DNA of 64,000 bases from Nitrospirota bacterium (GTDB lineage Bacteria > Nitrospirota > UBA9217), in the NCBI GenBank assembly GCA_963754875.1, contig CAVWHO010000015.1, forward strand, positions 96,001 to 160,000, written 5' to 3'. A model generated the notes under the pieces. It had not been told where the DNA came from. It saw nothing but the letters and a program-made list of their open reading frames with translations, and searched no databases. Of the stretch, positions 52,002 through 62,490 are shown piece after piece. The stretch's first letter is position 1; each line of letters starts with the position of its first letter. A program made the position numbers and the translations under genes.

Positions 52002-53209
52002 AGGAGGGTCCCGTGCAACAGTACATCGGCTTTAAACTGCACACCGGGGAGTTCGGAATCCCGATCACGAAGGTCCGTGAGATCATCAATCTGCCGGAGA
52101 TCACCAGGATACCGCAGTCGCCCCCCTACCTGAACGGCATTACCAATCTCCGCGGGAGCGTCATTCCCGTGGTGGACCTGAAAAAACTGATCAAAGTTCC
52201 GGCAACGGAAGCCGGCGGCACCAAGGTCATCGTTATCGCAAGCGGCAGGATAACGTTCGGCCTCCTGATAGACGGTATTACGGGTGTCATCAGCATCGAT
52301 GAAGGAATGATCGAATCTCCGGAGAACCTCCCCCAGGGACATGTGGACCAGGTCGAAGGCGTCGCAAAGCTCGACGGCAGGCTCATCGTCCTTCTGGACA
52401 TAAAAAAATTGATCCCCCTCGATGACATGAGTCTCCTCGAAGACATGGCAACGGAGGTAAGCGCCGAGGACGAGAACGGCAGTGTCCAGGTGACCCATGC
52501 AATACAGACCATGGCGGGCGAGGTCCGCGTTACGGAGCTTCGAAACGCAAAAACATTTTTTGAGAAGACGAAAGGCATCAGTCCCGACGATCCCCGCAAG
52601 GAAATCCTTGAGGATATCGTGAGCTTCATGACCGCGGTCTCGGAGCATGATTATGAGAAGGCCGACACGGCAATCCAGCAGATCGTACAGCTGGGCCAGG
52701 GAGACCTGTTCAAGGAGGTCGGCAAAATAACGCGAAAACTGCATGACGCAATTAAGGGCTTTAAAGAAGCTGTGGACCCGCGTTTAAAGGGCCTGACCCA
52801 GGCGGAGATCCCGAATGCCGTGGACAAGCTCCAGTTCGTGATCGACAAAACCGAGGAAGCCGCCAACAGGACCATGAGCGTCGTAGAGAAATATATACTG
52901 TCCATGGACGATCTCGCCACCCACCTCCGGAAAGTCCAGGGGCCTCCGGAAACGGTAGCTTTTTTGAAGGAGTTCAAGAACGGCCTTGAAGACGATCTGA
53001 CGGAAATCCTGACGACCCAGTCCTTCCAGGACCTGACCGGCCAGACGATCAAGAAGGTCATCACGCTCGTTCATGATATTGAAAACGAACTCGTTCGTCT
53101 TGTCTCGTCCTTCGGCGTTAAAATCGAGGGGGCAAAAGAACCGGTAGCTGCTGTAGAAAAGGTTTCGCAAAAGGACGTTGATGAGCTGTTGAAGGATCTC
53201 GGCTTTTAG
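51998..53209 (+). CDS. CheW-CheZ fusion protein
   Basis: N-terminal CheW (GITNLRGSVIPVVDL); C-terminal CheZ (EVGKITRKLHD, TEEAANRT, QSFQDLTGQTIKKV, SQKDVDELLKDLGF) in one ORF. Confidence 0.92.
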   Translation: MKEGPVQQYIGFKLHTGEFGIPITKVREIINLPEITRIPQSPPYLNGITNLRGSVIPVVDLKKLIKVPATEAGGTKVIVIASGRITFGLLIDGITGVISIDEGMIESPENLPQGHVDQVEGVAKLDGRLIVLLDIKKLIPLDDMSLLEDMATEVSAEDENGSVQVTHAIQTMAGEVRVTELRNAKTFFEKTKGISPDDPRKEILEDIVSFMTAVSEHDYEKADTAIQQIVQLGQGDLFKEVGKITRKLHDAIKGFKEAVDPRLKGLTQAEIPNAVDKLQFVIDKTEEAANRTMSVVEKYILSMDDLATHLRKVQGPPETVAFLKEFKNGLEDDLTEILTTQSFQDLTGQTIKKVITLVHDIENELVRLVSSFGVKIEGAKEPVAAVEKVSQKDVDELLKDLGF

Positions 53210-53273
53210 GGAATGCACAGGGGGCGCGACGCAGTCGATGACCCGCCCATCACTTTTTTATCGGGAGGAGAGT

Positions 53274-53681
53274 ATGGCACTCATAGACTGGAATGACAAT
53301 CTCAGCGTCAATATCAAGGAAGTCGACTCGGAACACAAAAAACTCATCGGCATGATCAATGAACTGCACTCAGCTATGGGCGCGGGAAAAGGCAAAGACG
53401 CTTTAGGCAAAGTCCTCGCAGGGCTGGTGGAATATACGAAAACCCATTTTTCCTATGAAGAGAACCTTATGCAGAAGCACAACTACCCCGGCTACGTGAG
53501 CCACAGGGGCTTGCACGATGCTCTCGTCAAGAAGGTCCTCGGTTTCCAAAGTAATTTTCAAGAGGGTAAAAGTCTTGTCACCGTAGAAGTCATGAACTTT
53601 TTGAAGGACTGGCTCACGAACCATATCCAGAACACCGACAGGAAGTACGGACCGTTCTTAAACGGCAAAGGGGTTGTATAG
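53274..53681 (+). CDS. bacteriohemerythrin
   Basis: WNDNLSV..DSEH, HFSYEE, HRGLH, WLTNHIQNTD di-iron ligands. Confidence 0.93.
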   Translation: MALIDWNDNLSVNIKEVDSEHKKLIGMINELHSAMGAGKGKDALGKVLAGLVEYTKTHFSYEENLMQKHNYPGYVSHRGLHDALVKKVLGFQSNFQEGKSLVTVEVMNFLKDWLTNHIQNTDRKYGPFLNGKGVV

Positions 53682-53770
53682 AAAAGGGAAGTTTTTTGCC
53701 CGGCTCAGGAAAAGGGCCGGCCGCGGCGTTGCCCTGATACGCTCACCGCAGAGAAAGTACGGAAACCACC

Positions 53771-54829
53771 ATGACCGTAACAGTGCTCATCGTAGACGAT
53801 TCGGCGTTCATGCGGAACGCGCTTACCACCATGCTCGGGTCTGATCCCGAGATCAAGGTGGTCGGCACGGCGCGGGACGGCGTGGAGGCGGTCGAGAAGA
53901 CGGCGCTGCTCAGGCCGGACATCGTCACCATGGACGTGGAAATGCCGCGCATGGACGGCATCGAGGCGCTCCGGCTCATCATGGACAAGACGCCGGTGCC
54001 CGTGATCATGGTGAGTTCGCTCACCACCGAGGGGGCCCATGTCACCCTCGATGCGCTGGACCACGGGGCCGTGGATTTCATACCCAAAAACCTTTCCGAG
54101 CTTTCGATCAACATCGTGAAGATCAAGGCAATGCTGATTGACAAGGTAAAGCAGATAGCAAAGAGCGGCGTGGCAAGAAGGACGAGGCGAAGCGCGGCGA
54201 CAGCCGCGCGTCCTGTCGACAAGCCCAGGATGTCGTCGATACTTGCTACCGGCGCGAGGCGGGTCAGCATAGTGGCCATCGGCACGTCCACGGGCGGACC
54301 GCGCGCGATCCAGGAGATCATCCCCCGCCTGCCCAAGGACTTTCCGGTTCCCATCGTGATCGCGCAGCACATGCCGCCGAACTTCACCAAACCCTTCGCC
54401 GAGCGCTTGAACCAGCTCTCCCAGATCGCGGTGAAGGAAGCCGAAGAAGGCGAGACGCTCAAGCCTGGCGTCGCGCTTGTGGCGCCGGGTCGGGGCCATA
54501 TGCGCACGTCGCGTCTCCGCGGAATCGAGACGGTGGTGAACATTTCGGAAAACCGCGAGGAATTCATTTACCGGCCTTCCGTCGATTATCTCATGCAGTC
54601 CGTTGCCGAGTGCTTCCCCGGCAGGGCGCTCGGGGTGATCCTGACCGGCATGGGCAGCGACGGCGTCAAAGGTCTTACGGCGCTCAAACAGACCGGCGGC
54701 AGGATCTTTGCTCAGAACGAAGAAACCTGCGTAGTCTACGGCATGCCGCGTGCCGTGGTGGATGCAGGCATTGCGGACAAGGTGCTGGGTATAGAAGAGA
54801 TGGCGGGAGAGATCATCAACGCGGTTTGA
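53771..54829 (+). CDS. cheB: CheB
   Basis: REC domain plus GTSTGG, QHMP, TGMGSDG. Confidence 0.96.
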   Translation: MTVTVLIVDDSAFMRNALTTMLGSDPEIKVVGTARDGVEAVEKTALLRPDIVTMDVEMPRMDGIEALRLIMDKTPVPVIMVSSLTTEGAHVTLDALDHGAVDFIPKNLSELSINIVKIKAMLIDKVKQIAKSGVARRTRRSAATAARPVDKPRMSSILATGARRVSIVAIGTSTGGPRAIQEIIPRLPKDFPVPIVIAQHMPPNFTKPFAERLNQLSQIAVKEAEEGETLKPGVALVAPGRGHMRTSRLRGIETVVNISENREEFIYRPSVDYLMQSVAECFPGRALGVILTGMGSDGVKGLTALKQTGGRIFAQNEETCVVYGMPRAVVDAGIADKVLGIEEMAGEIINAV

Positions 54830-54902
54830 CCAAGCCTGGCAACGGGGTGCGGGAAAACGAGCCGGATTTTGAAACAGCAATTCATCAGGGGGTATGTGTG
54901 CA

Positions 54903-56498
54903 ATGAAGATAACCTTGTCAAAGAAGCTCTATGGTGCAGTGGGCGTCGTGCTCGTCGCGATGATAGTGATATCAGCCATGTCCTATTTCACCAACCGCAG
55001 CCTGATCAAGGGCTACCAGCAGCTGTCTAATGAGGACGGCGTCCAGATGCAGGTGAGCGTCCATGCCGAGAACGAGCTCGGCCTGTCGGTCCAGGCATTT
55101 AAGGACTACCTGCTCCGGGGAGACGATAAGTATGCAAATGACTTCCGCGAAAACATCGGCAAAATCCGTGATGATATGGCCGTTTTCGAGAAGCTCGTCG
55201 AGTCCGAGGAAGAGCGGACAGTGCTCGGCAATGCGAAAGAAGCTTTCGCAAAGTATGAGAACTCGATCGACAACCTGATAGCGGGAAGGAAAACGAACCA
55301 CGATGCGGCCTATCTCGACAAGAGCGTGCGCGGAGCTGATAAGCCGCTCCGGCTCGCGTTGGAAGAGATGAGCAATGTGGCGGAGCAGGCCTATTCGGAA
55401 AAGAAAGTTATGCTCCAAAAGCATGCCGTACGTAGGGAACTGATAGAAATCGCCATCGCCCTCATCGCAGTCCTCGTGGGCATCGTTCTCAGCACCCTGA
55501 TCATCAAAGGCATCCTGAAGTCCATCCTCCAGGTCACAGCGGCTGCCGAACATGCGGCCAAAGGGGACCTGTCCCACGAGATCACCGTGCACACCACCGA
55601 CGAAATCGGGGAAATGGCCCAGAGCTTCAACCTGATGATCACGAACATCCGGCGCATCATCGGCGAGATCAACGCCGCAACCAGCTCCCTGGCCTCCAGC
55701 TCCGAAGAGCTGTCGGCCACCTCCGACGACATGAGCAAAGGCGTCAACCAGCTTTCGTCCCAGACCGAGCAGGTGGTAACGGCCATGACCGAGGTGTCCC
55801 AGACCATCATGGACATGGCAAAAAACGCCAGCAATGCAGCCGCGGGCAGCAAGAACGCGTCGGAAACGGCAACGAAAGGAAAACGGACCGTCGATACAAC
55901 AGCCGAGGACATGGTCAAGATCGCCCAGACCGTCCAGGAGGCAGCCGGCACCATCGAGGAACTGGGCAAAAGCTCGGCCCAAATCGGCGAGATCGTGGCT
56001 GTGATCAACGGCATAGCGGACCAGACCAACCTGCTGGCGCTGAACGCGGCAATCGAGGCTGCCCGGGCGGGTGAACAGGGCCGGGGGTTCGCCGTTGTTG
56101 CCGACGAGGTGCGTAAGCTGGCCGAGCGGACCGGTCAGGCCACGAAGGACATCGCCCAGCGGATCGAAGCGATCCAGGCGGCAGCGGGAGAATCGGTAGA
56201 TGCCATGAAACGGGGCAGCGACGAAGTGGACAAGGGTGTGGGCCTTGCCAAGGAAGCCAGCGCGGCCCTTGACTCTATCGTGTCCGCCTCGACGAACGCC
56301 ATGGACATGGTCCAGCGCATTGCTGCGGCCACGGAGCAGCAGTCCGCTGCGACCGAAGAAGTGACCCAGAATATGGAGAGCATTTCGGGCATCAGCAGGC
56401 AGTCCTCGGCTTCAACGGAGCAGATAAAGGTATCGGCTGCAGAGCTGGCGAAGCTGGCTACCAGCCTGAAGGAGATGACAACGTTTTTTAAGACGTAA
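54903..56498 (+). CDS. methyl-accepting chemotaxis protein
   Basis: Two TMs, [35 protein letters not shown]. Confidence 0.95.
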   Translation: MKITLSKKLYGAVGVVLVAMIVISAMSYFTNRSLIKGYQQLSNEDGVQMQVSVHAENELGLSVQAFKDYLLRGDDKYANDFRENIGKIRDDMAVFEKLVESEEERTVLGNAKEAFAKYENSIDNLIAGRKTNHDAAYLDKSVRGADKPLRLALEEMSNVAEQAYSEKKVMLQKHAVRRELIEIAIALIAVLVGIVLSTLIIKGILKSILQVTAAAEHAAKGDLSHEITVHTTDEIGEMAQSFNLMITNIRRIIGEINAATSSLASSSEELSATSDDMSKGVNQLSSQTEQVVTAMTEVSQTIMDMAKNASNAAAGSKNASETATKGKRTVDTTAEDMVKIAQTVQEAAGTIEELGKSSAQIGEIVAVINGIADQTNLLALNAAIEAARAGEQGRGFAVVADEVRKLAERTGQATKDIAQRIEAIQAAAGESVDAMKRGSDEVDKGVGLAKEASAALDSIVSASTNAMDMVQRIAAATEQQSAATEEVTQNMESISGISRQSSASTEQIKVSAAELAKLATSLKEMTTFFKT

Positions 56499-56666
56499 AA
56501 GAACACATAGGAAAAACATGGATGATCGTCTTTTTTACAACGCCGTGAATCGGCGCTTTCATGGGCAGATGGACATTCTTTGATTCGTTGAGCTCTTATG
56601 CTTACAGATTTTTTTCATCAGATCGTGGCGGAACGTCACCTATTACACAAGAAGGAGGAAGTAGAG

Positions 56667-57119
56667 ATGAAGAAAGTGCTGGGAGTGGTACTGATGGTAA
56701 GTTTCTTTATGGTGAGCCTTGGTTTTGCCGGCGATAAAGGCACACCGGCCGAAGCGAAAGCGCTGGTAAAAAAGGCGATCAGCTACATCACGGCGAACGG
56801 CAAGGACAAGGCCTTTGATGCATTCACGAACAAGGATCCGCAGTTCATTGACAGGGACCTTTATATCTTCGTCTACGACATGAACGGCAAGGTCCTGGCC
56901 CACGGCCAGAACCCAAAGATGGTCGGAAAAGATCTGTATGATCTCACTGACCCCGACGGCAAACTGTTTGTCAAGGAAAGAATCGACATAGCAAAAACAA
57001 AGGGCAGCGGCTGGCAGAATTACAAGTTCTCCAACCCGAAAACAAAAAAGATCGAGGAGAAAACCTCGTACATCGAAAAGTATGATGCTTTCATCGTGGG
57101 ATGCGGGGCCTATAAATAG
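56667..57119 (+). CDS. stand-alone exported sCache_2 domain protein
   Basis: Signal peptide; DLYIFVYD..VLAH..DPDGK..GSGW..Y.F.NP..K.SY..VGCG; GGAGG RBS. Confidence 0.88.
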   Translation: MKKVLGVVLMVSFFMVSLGFAGDKGTPAEAKALVKKAISYITANGKDKAFDAFTNKDPQFIDRDLYIFVYDMNGKVLAHGQNPKMVGKDLYDLTDPDGKLFVKERIDIAKTKGSGWQNYKFSNPKTKKIEEKTSYIEKYDAFIVGCGAYK

Positions 57120-57195
57120 CCGTCAAGCGGCCGGCCGGGCATGCTCCCGGCTGGCCGCCGTCTGAATCCCGACGCGACACTCGCACCTCAGCTGT

Positions 57196-57234
57196 CATTC
57201 GCAAAAGGACCGCACTGCTGTCCTTTTGCGAATG
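57196..57234. repeat. perfect 15-bp inverted repeat (9-nt loop)
   Basis: CATTCGCAAAAGGAC-N9-GTCCTTTTGCGAATG; a second GC-rich hairpin lies at 57127-57158. Confidence 0.8.
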
Positions 57235-57436
57235 GGACTCTGAACCGGACCGGGCAGCACGGATTTTCCAAACGAAGGAGCGTGGTTGGTGATACCGGCA
57301 GTGGACTTCAGGGAAAGGACGGCAGAGTTTAAGATAAACAGCGGCGGGCACGGCAGCGTGTCCGGGAAAATCCGCAGGACCTCGCTCGCTGTAGTTCAGA
57401 GATGACGATATCACCGAAATTGTTGAGGAGGACACT

Positions 57437-57646
57437 ATGAAACAATTGCTGAAAAAACTCAAAAAATTGCTGGCCGGAATGTGGTTCACCAAGAGCAGCG
57501 CGGGAGCAGGAAAGCGCACGATAACCAGGACCAAGACCTATGCACGCCGTTCTCAGCCGGGTGCTGCCAGGGGTGAAGCACCGGCAGCCAAGCCAAAACG
57601 AAAGGCATCTGCACCGGCGAGGCGCCGCAGGCAAGCGAAGGATTAA
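57437..57646 (+). CDS. small highly basic hypothetical protein
   Basis: GAGGAGG RBS; K/R/A-rich, 69 aa. Confidence 0.55.
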   Translation: MKQLLKKLKKLLAGMWFTKSSAGAGKRTITRTKTYARRSQPGAARGEAPAAKPKRKASAPARRRRQAKD

Positions 57647-57699
57647 ACGACCGCGCTCCGGCACGAAGCCGCAGCTTTTTTTCTGGTAAAAAGGAGGTC

Positions 57700-58185
57700 A
57701 TGATCATGCAGACAACCGCGCATACGGAGATGCTCCAGCTTGTCACGTTCAAGCTGGACGGGCAGAAATACGCCGTCGATATCTTGAAAGTACAGGAAAT
57801 CAACAATATGAAGGAAATTACTTCCATACCCAATGCGCCGGCGTACCTGGAGGGAGCCATCAACCTCCGGGGCAAGGTGATCCCGGTCCTCAATCTCCGG
57901 AAGAAATTCGGATTTGAGGAAAACGCCAGCAGCGAGCTTCGCAAGATCGTCATCATGGATGTCCGGGGGGTCATCATGGGCCTGGTCGTTGATGCGGTAT
58001 CGGATGTCTTGAGGATAACCCGTGACGTGGTCGAGCCGCCGCCCCCGGTTTCTTCGAACGTCAGCTCCGAATTCATCGCCGGCATCGCCAAGCTTCCCGA
58101 AGGACTCGTCATCTTGCTGGATATGGACCGGCTCCTCGACGCCGAGGAACACAAGACCGTATTTGGTGAAGCACCCGTCTCGTAA
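57700..58185 (+). CDS. cheW: CheW
   Basis: [20 protein letters not shown]. Confidence 0.95.
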   Translation: MIMQTTAHTEMLQLVTFKLDGQKYAVDILKVQEINNMKEITSIPNAPAYLEGAINLRGKVIPVLNLRKKFGFEENASSELRKIVIMDVRGVIMGLVVDAVSDVLRITRDVVEPPPPVSSNVSSEFIAGIAKLPEGLVILLDMDRLLDAEEHKTVFGEAPVS

Positions 58186-58220
58186 GGATGGCAATGTTTC
58201 GCTCAATGGTGGGGGAACTT

Positions 58221-59894
58221 ATGATAAAAAATATGATCTATAATATGAACCTGAAGAAAAAATTGTACATCATTTTCGGCGTCATTATTGTGGCGACCGC
58301 CTTGGGTATTACTATCGGCGTGTCAGCCTTTTCCCGCGTCCAGGTGGGCGGGAAAACCTATAGCGCCATCGAGCGGAACATGCTGATTGCCGATAATATA
58401 GCCAAGCTGCGTGCGAATCTAGCATTCGTACGGACCACTCTCCTGACCATGATTATCGATGATGATGCGGGAAGGCGGGAGTCCTCTCGCCAGGACATAA
58501 ATGGCCTGTCCGTTCGGATCGATGAACTGTTCGACCTTATCGATGGGCAGCTGAAAGCGTCCGATCATCCTGAAGTGGTGGAAAATATAACGGCAGCTCG
58601 TGATGCCTGGACCGCATTCAGGGAAACACGGGACAAGGAGTTAATTCCCGCCATCCTTGGAGGAAAGACCAGCGCGGCGATGGCGCTCGCCCGCGGCGTT
58701 CAGTCGGACCGCTATCTCGTGATGTCGGAAGAGACCAAAAAAGCGGTCGATCGCGTGCGCGCAGAGGTCCCCGAAACGGTGGCCCGAATGAAGGGCGAGT
58801 CGCGTTTGATTCAGGTTTCATTTATTGTCGGGGGCGTGCTCATTGTCCTGTTCTACATCATCGTAGCCTTCTTCTTTTCGAAAACCATCATAATCCCTGT
58901 CGGCCTGGTTTCTGACCGGTCGGCGCAGATGGCGCAGGGCGATTTTTCCCATGCTGCCCTGCATGCACGGGGTAAGGACGAGATCGGCGCCATGATCACG
59001 AACTTTTCGACCATGACATCAAAAGTCGGCGACGCCGCATCGCGACTGAAGATGAGCATCATGAATCTTTCTTCCTCGTCCGAAGAGCTGTCCGCGACGG
59101 CGGAGGACCTTGGCAAGGGCACTGCGCAACAGACGCACCAGGCAAAGGAAGTGGCCGCCGCGACGACCCAGATGTCCCAGACGATTTCCGAAGTGGCCCA
59201 GAACGCCGTCTTGGCGGCAGACGCTGCCAAGAACTCTTCGGAGAACGCTACGACAGGCAAGGAACTCGTAAAAAAGACCGTCGAACGGCTGGCTTCAATC
59301 ACTGAAACGGTCGGGGAAGCCTCGCAGACGATTGAAGAACTTGGCAGAAGTTCGGGACAAATCGGCGAGATCGTGAACCTTATCCATACCATCGCCGACC
59401 AGACAAACCTCCTCGCACTGAACGCGGCAATTGAGGCCGCCCGTGCAGGAGAACAAGGCCGCGGTTTTGCGGTGGTCGCCGATGAAGTGAGAAAGCTGGC
59501 GGACAGAACCACGAGCGCAACCAAGGACATAGAGCAGAAGATCACCACCATCCAGGCGGAAGCGGAAAAATCACTCGTAGCGGTGAAAAAAGGAAACGCC
59601 GAGGTCGAGAAGGGAGTAGGCCTGGCAAAGTCCGCCAGTGAAGCCCTCGACACGATCGTCAAAGCGTCAACCCAGGTCCTGGACATGATCCAGCGCATCG
59701 CGGTGGCCACCGAGGAGCAGTCCGCGACCGCGGAGGAGATCAAAAAAAACATGGGGACCATCTCCGAGGTGACAGACCAATCTTCGGAGTCGACGAACCA
59801 GATCCAGCAGGCCGCCCATACTCTTGCCCAGCTGGCGTTGGAAATCCAGAACAGCACAGCCTGGTTTAAAACGGAAGGCGCTGATCCGAAGTAG
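58221..59894 (+). CDS. methyl-accepting chemotaxis protein (4HB sensor)
   Basis: Two TMs, HAMP, conserved hairpin tip. Confidence 0.95.
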   Translation: MIKNMIYNMNLKKKLYIIFGVIIVATALGITIGVSAFSRVQVGGKTYSAIERNMLIADNIAKLRANLAFVRTTLLTMIIDDDAGRRESSRQDINGLSVRIDELFDLIDGQLKASDHPEVVENITAARDAWTAFRETRDKELIPAILGGKTSAAMALARGVQSDRYLVMSEETKKAVDRVRAEVPETVARMKGESRLIQVSFIVGGVLIVLFYIIVAFFFSKTIIIPVGLVSDRSAQMAQGDFSHAALHARGKDEIGAMITNFSTMTSKVGDAASRLKMSIMNLSSSSEELSATAEDLGKGTAQQTHQAKEVAAATTQMSQTISEVAQNAVLAADAAKNSSENATTGKELVKKTVERLASITETVGEASQTIEELGRSSGQIGEIVNLIHTIADQTNLLALNAAIEAARAGEQGRGFAVVADEVRKLADRTTSATKDIEQKITTIQAEAEKSLVAVKKGNAEVEKGVGLAKSASEALDTIVKASTQVLDMIQRIAVATEEQSATAEEIKKNMGTISEVTDQSSESTNQIQQAAHTLAQLALEIQNSTAWFKTEGADPK

Positions 59895-59931
59895 ACAGTC
59901 ATAAGGCGCCGCTGGCCTGAGGAGAAAAGAC

Positions 59932-61488
59932 ATGCATATTAACAGGCTGCTCAAACTGATCGTAATGGTCCTCGCGATAATCGCGATTCTGGGCGCTTTT
60001 TCCGTCTTTCTTCAGCTCAGCGCCATGTCTGCCGACGGGAGAGTGGTAAATTACGCCGGGATCGTCAGGGGTGCGACCCAAAGGCTCGTCAAACTGGAAC
60101 TGGAGGGGCAACGTTCGGATGCCCTGATCAGCAAACTGGATATTATCATGCAGGGACTCTTGACAGGAGACAAGGAGCTTCAGCTGCCTCCTGCAGCCGA
60201 TGAAGTCTTTGTTGCAAAAATGCAGGAAGTAAAACAGGAATGGGAAACCCTTAAGAAGGACATTGCCGCATTCAGGCAAAATCCGGCAACAACGCGTGAG
60301 CAGCTTCTAAAGGCAAGCGAGTCCTATTTTGAATTGACTAATGCGGCAGTATCGTCAGCGGAGGCCGCTTCCAAAGCGAAGACAACAAAACTGCAAACCC
60401 AGCAGATGTGTATTCTACTGTTAACCCTTATTATTCTTGCCGTTGTCTGGACCATCAGCAGCAAGAGAATATCCCGACCCCTCAGGGACCTTGCCGACAA
60501 GCTGGCCCCTCTTGCCGAAGGCGACCTGAGGGTCTCCATCGGGCAGACAAGCGACGATGAGATTGGACGACTATCAAAGGATATGGATAAAGTAATTGGG
60601 TCATTCAATACCATGATTCAAGCCATTCTGGAAATCGTAAGAGATGTCGTGGGCTCCATTGATATCATGCGGGTAAAAATGAAAAGCACCCGCGAGGCGA
60701 CCGCCCTCCAGTTCCAGCAGGTGGGTCTGATATCAGCCGCGGCTGACGGCATGATGGGTACGATCGTGAACGTCAGCGAAAACTCCTCGAGTGCAAACGA
60801 AAGTTCTTTGTCTGCCATGAAGACCGCTCAACAGGGCAAGGAGGTCTCCAATGGGGCCGTACAAACCATACAAAGCGTCCATGCGACCACCCTTGAACTT
60901 TCCGACGCGGTCAGCGGCCTTAATAATAAAGTCTCCGAGATCGGGGAGATTGCGACGGTGATCAAAGGAATCGCCGATCAGACGAACCTTCTGGCCCTCA
61001 ACGCGGCCATCGAAGCAGCCCGCGCAGGCGAACAGGGCCGCGGCTTCGCGGTCGTCGCCGATGAGGTGAGGAAGCTTGCCGAACGCACCATTCAAGCCAC
61101 CGGCGAGATAGATTCGAAAATAGCCGGCGTCCAGGAGAAAACCGAAACGACCACCCGGTCCATGAAAAAAGCCTCGGAAGAAGTGACGAACGCAACCCGA
61201 CAGATCAGCGACGTGGGCAATTCCCTGGCCTCAATAGTCGAGGCGATCAGCAGCTCCCATGCCAAGATAGCAAAGATTTCGGGAGCGGTAAGCGAACATA
61301 CCGTGGGGTCTCTCGACGTATCGGTCAATATTGAAAAGACCCTGAGCGTTTCCCATGACGTTCAGGACATGACCGAATCGATGGTGAAGGAGGTGGACAA
61401 TCTCATCCTCATCGCGGAACGGCTGCGGTCAAAAACCTCCGTCTTCACCATAAAAGGAAGCGCTCCGGGCATGCAACCGGGGCGATAA
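59932..61488 (+). CDS. methyl-accepting chemotaxis protein with PilJ/NarX-like sensor
   Basis: [18 protein letters not shown] after TM1; HAMP; conserved tip. Confidence 0.92.
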   Translation: MHINRLLKLIVMVLAIIAILGAFSVFLQLSAMSADGRVVNYAGIVRGATQRLVKLELEGQRSDALISKLDIIMQGLLTGDKELQLPPAADEVFVAKMQEVKQEWETLKKDIAAFRQNPATTREQLLKASESYFELTNAAVSSAEAASKAKTTKLQTQQMCILLLTLIILAVVWTISSKRISRPLRDLADKLAPLAEGDLRVSIGQTSDDEIGRLSKDMDKVIGSFNTMIQAILEIVRDVVGSIDIMRVKMKSTREATALQFQQVGLISAAADGMMGTIVNVSENSSSANESSLSAMKTAQQGKEVSNGAVQTIQSVHATTLELSDAVSGLNNKVSEIGEIATVIKGIADQTNLLALNAAIEAARAGEQGRGFAVVADEVRKLAERTIQATGEIDSKIAGVQEKTETTTRSMKKASEEVTNATRQISDVGNSLASIVEAISSSHAKIAKISGAVSEHTVGSLDVSVNIEKTLSVSHDVQDMTESMVKEVDNLILIAERLRSKTSVFTIKGSAPGMQPGR

Positions 61489-61587
61489 GAACAAGGTCGG
61501 ACAAGTTTATAAGCAGTTGGAGGCAACCTCGAAGGAGGTGATTGGCCTCCTCGATATGATAAAACAGGAATACCGGTAGAAGCATCT

Positions 61588-62490
61588 ATGGAAAACCAGC
61601 GGATAGATACCCCTGAGAACATTAAAAAAGCGGAAGAAATCCTCGGACAGATCGGGCTTCCCCTCCAGCCGAGGGCCGTCATGGATATCCGCAGGGAGAT
61701 GGCAAAACCGGACCCTGACTTTCAAAAGATAGTGCATTCTGTGAGCACGGACGTCGCGCTTTCGGCCGCAACCCTGAAAATCACCAATTCCGCTTTTTTC
61801 GGCGGGATGAAGACCGATTCCATACCTCATGCCCTCCTCCGTCTGGGGCTGAGCAACTTCTATTCCATCGTGTTGACGACAGCGCTGTATAACGCAATGG
61901 GGTGCGGCACAAATCGCGCTCTCGACAAGTTCAGGAGACACTCTTCGTCCGTGGCACTTGTCTGCTCGCATATCACGCATAAGCTTCAGATTGACCTTGA
62001 AGAAGCAGCGTATACGCTCGGCCTTTTCCATGATTGCGGGGTACCTCTTCTTCTGAGGAAATTCCCGGACTATGCGAAAATGGCCGACTATGCGTTACCC
62101 TCTTCGCCTTTGGAGGCGATCCCCGACTACTTCGAATCGGTCGTCGGTCTCGAGACGGATCGCTACAACACGAATCACTGTATCATGGGCTATATCATGG
62201 CTAAGTCATGGGGACTGTCGGATACCGTGCTTTCGGTAATTTTGAACCACCACAACATCAGCATGCGCGCGCTGAAAGACCCCGTCCGAAGAAAGTTGCT
62301 GGGGATTCTGTTCCTCGCAGAGTTTATCTGCCAGTCCTGTGATCCGGACACCTATGCATTCCATCAAAATGCGTCGGAATGGCATGGTGTTCACCACAGG
62401 ACCCTTGCGGTGCTCCGGGTAAATCCCGTTGATATCAGGATACTGGAAGAGGAATCATGCGAGATCATAAAAAACAATGACTGGCTTTGA
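61588..62490 (+). CDS. HDOD-domain signalling protein
   Basis: DVALSAATLKITNSAFF, LLRLG, AYTLGLFHDCG, NHCIMG..WGL..ILNHH. Confidence 0.92.
   Translation: MENQRIDTPENIKKAEEILGQIGLPLQPRAVMDIRREMAKPDPDFQKIVHSVSTDVALSAATLKITNSAFFGGMKTDSIPHALLRLGLSNFYSIVLTTALYNAMGCGTNRALDKFRRHSSSVALVCSHITHKLQIDLEEAAYTLGLFHDCGVPLLLRKFPDYAKMADYALPSSPLEAIPDYFESVVGLETDRYNTNHCIMGYIMAKSWGLSDTVLSVILNHHNISMRALKDPVRRKLLGILFLAEFICQSCDPDTYAFHQNASEWHGVHHRTLAVLRVNPVDIRILEEESCEIIKNNDWL

Noticed and set aside
57190..57300. Possible c-di-GMP-I riboswitch (GCAAA, GGGAC)
   Set aside because: It is explained by a single perfect hairpin; the two-stem GEMM layout with tetraloop and receptor is not seen.
61525..61560. Possible sigma28 promoter before HDOD (..TCGATAT)
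   Set aside because: There is no convincing -35 at the right spacing.
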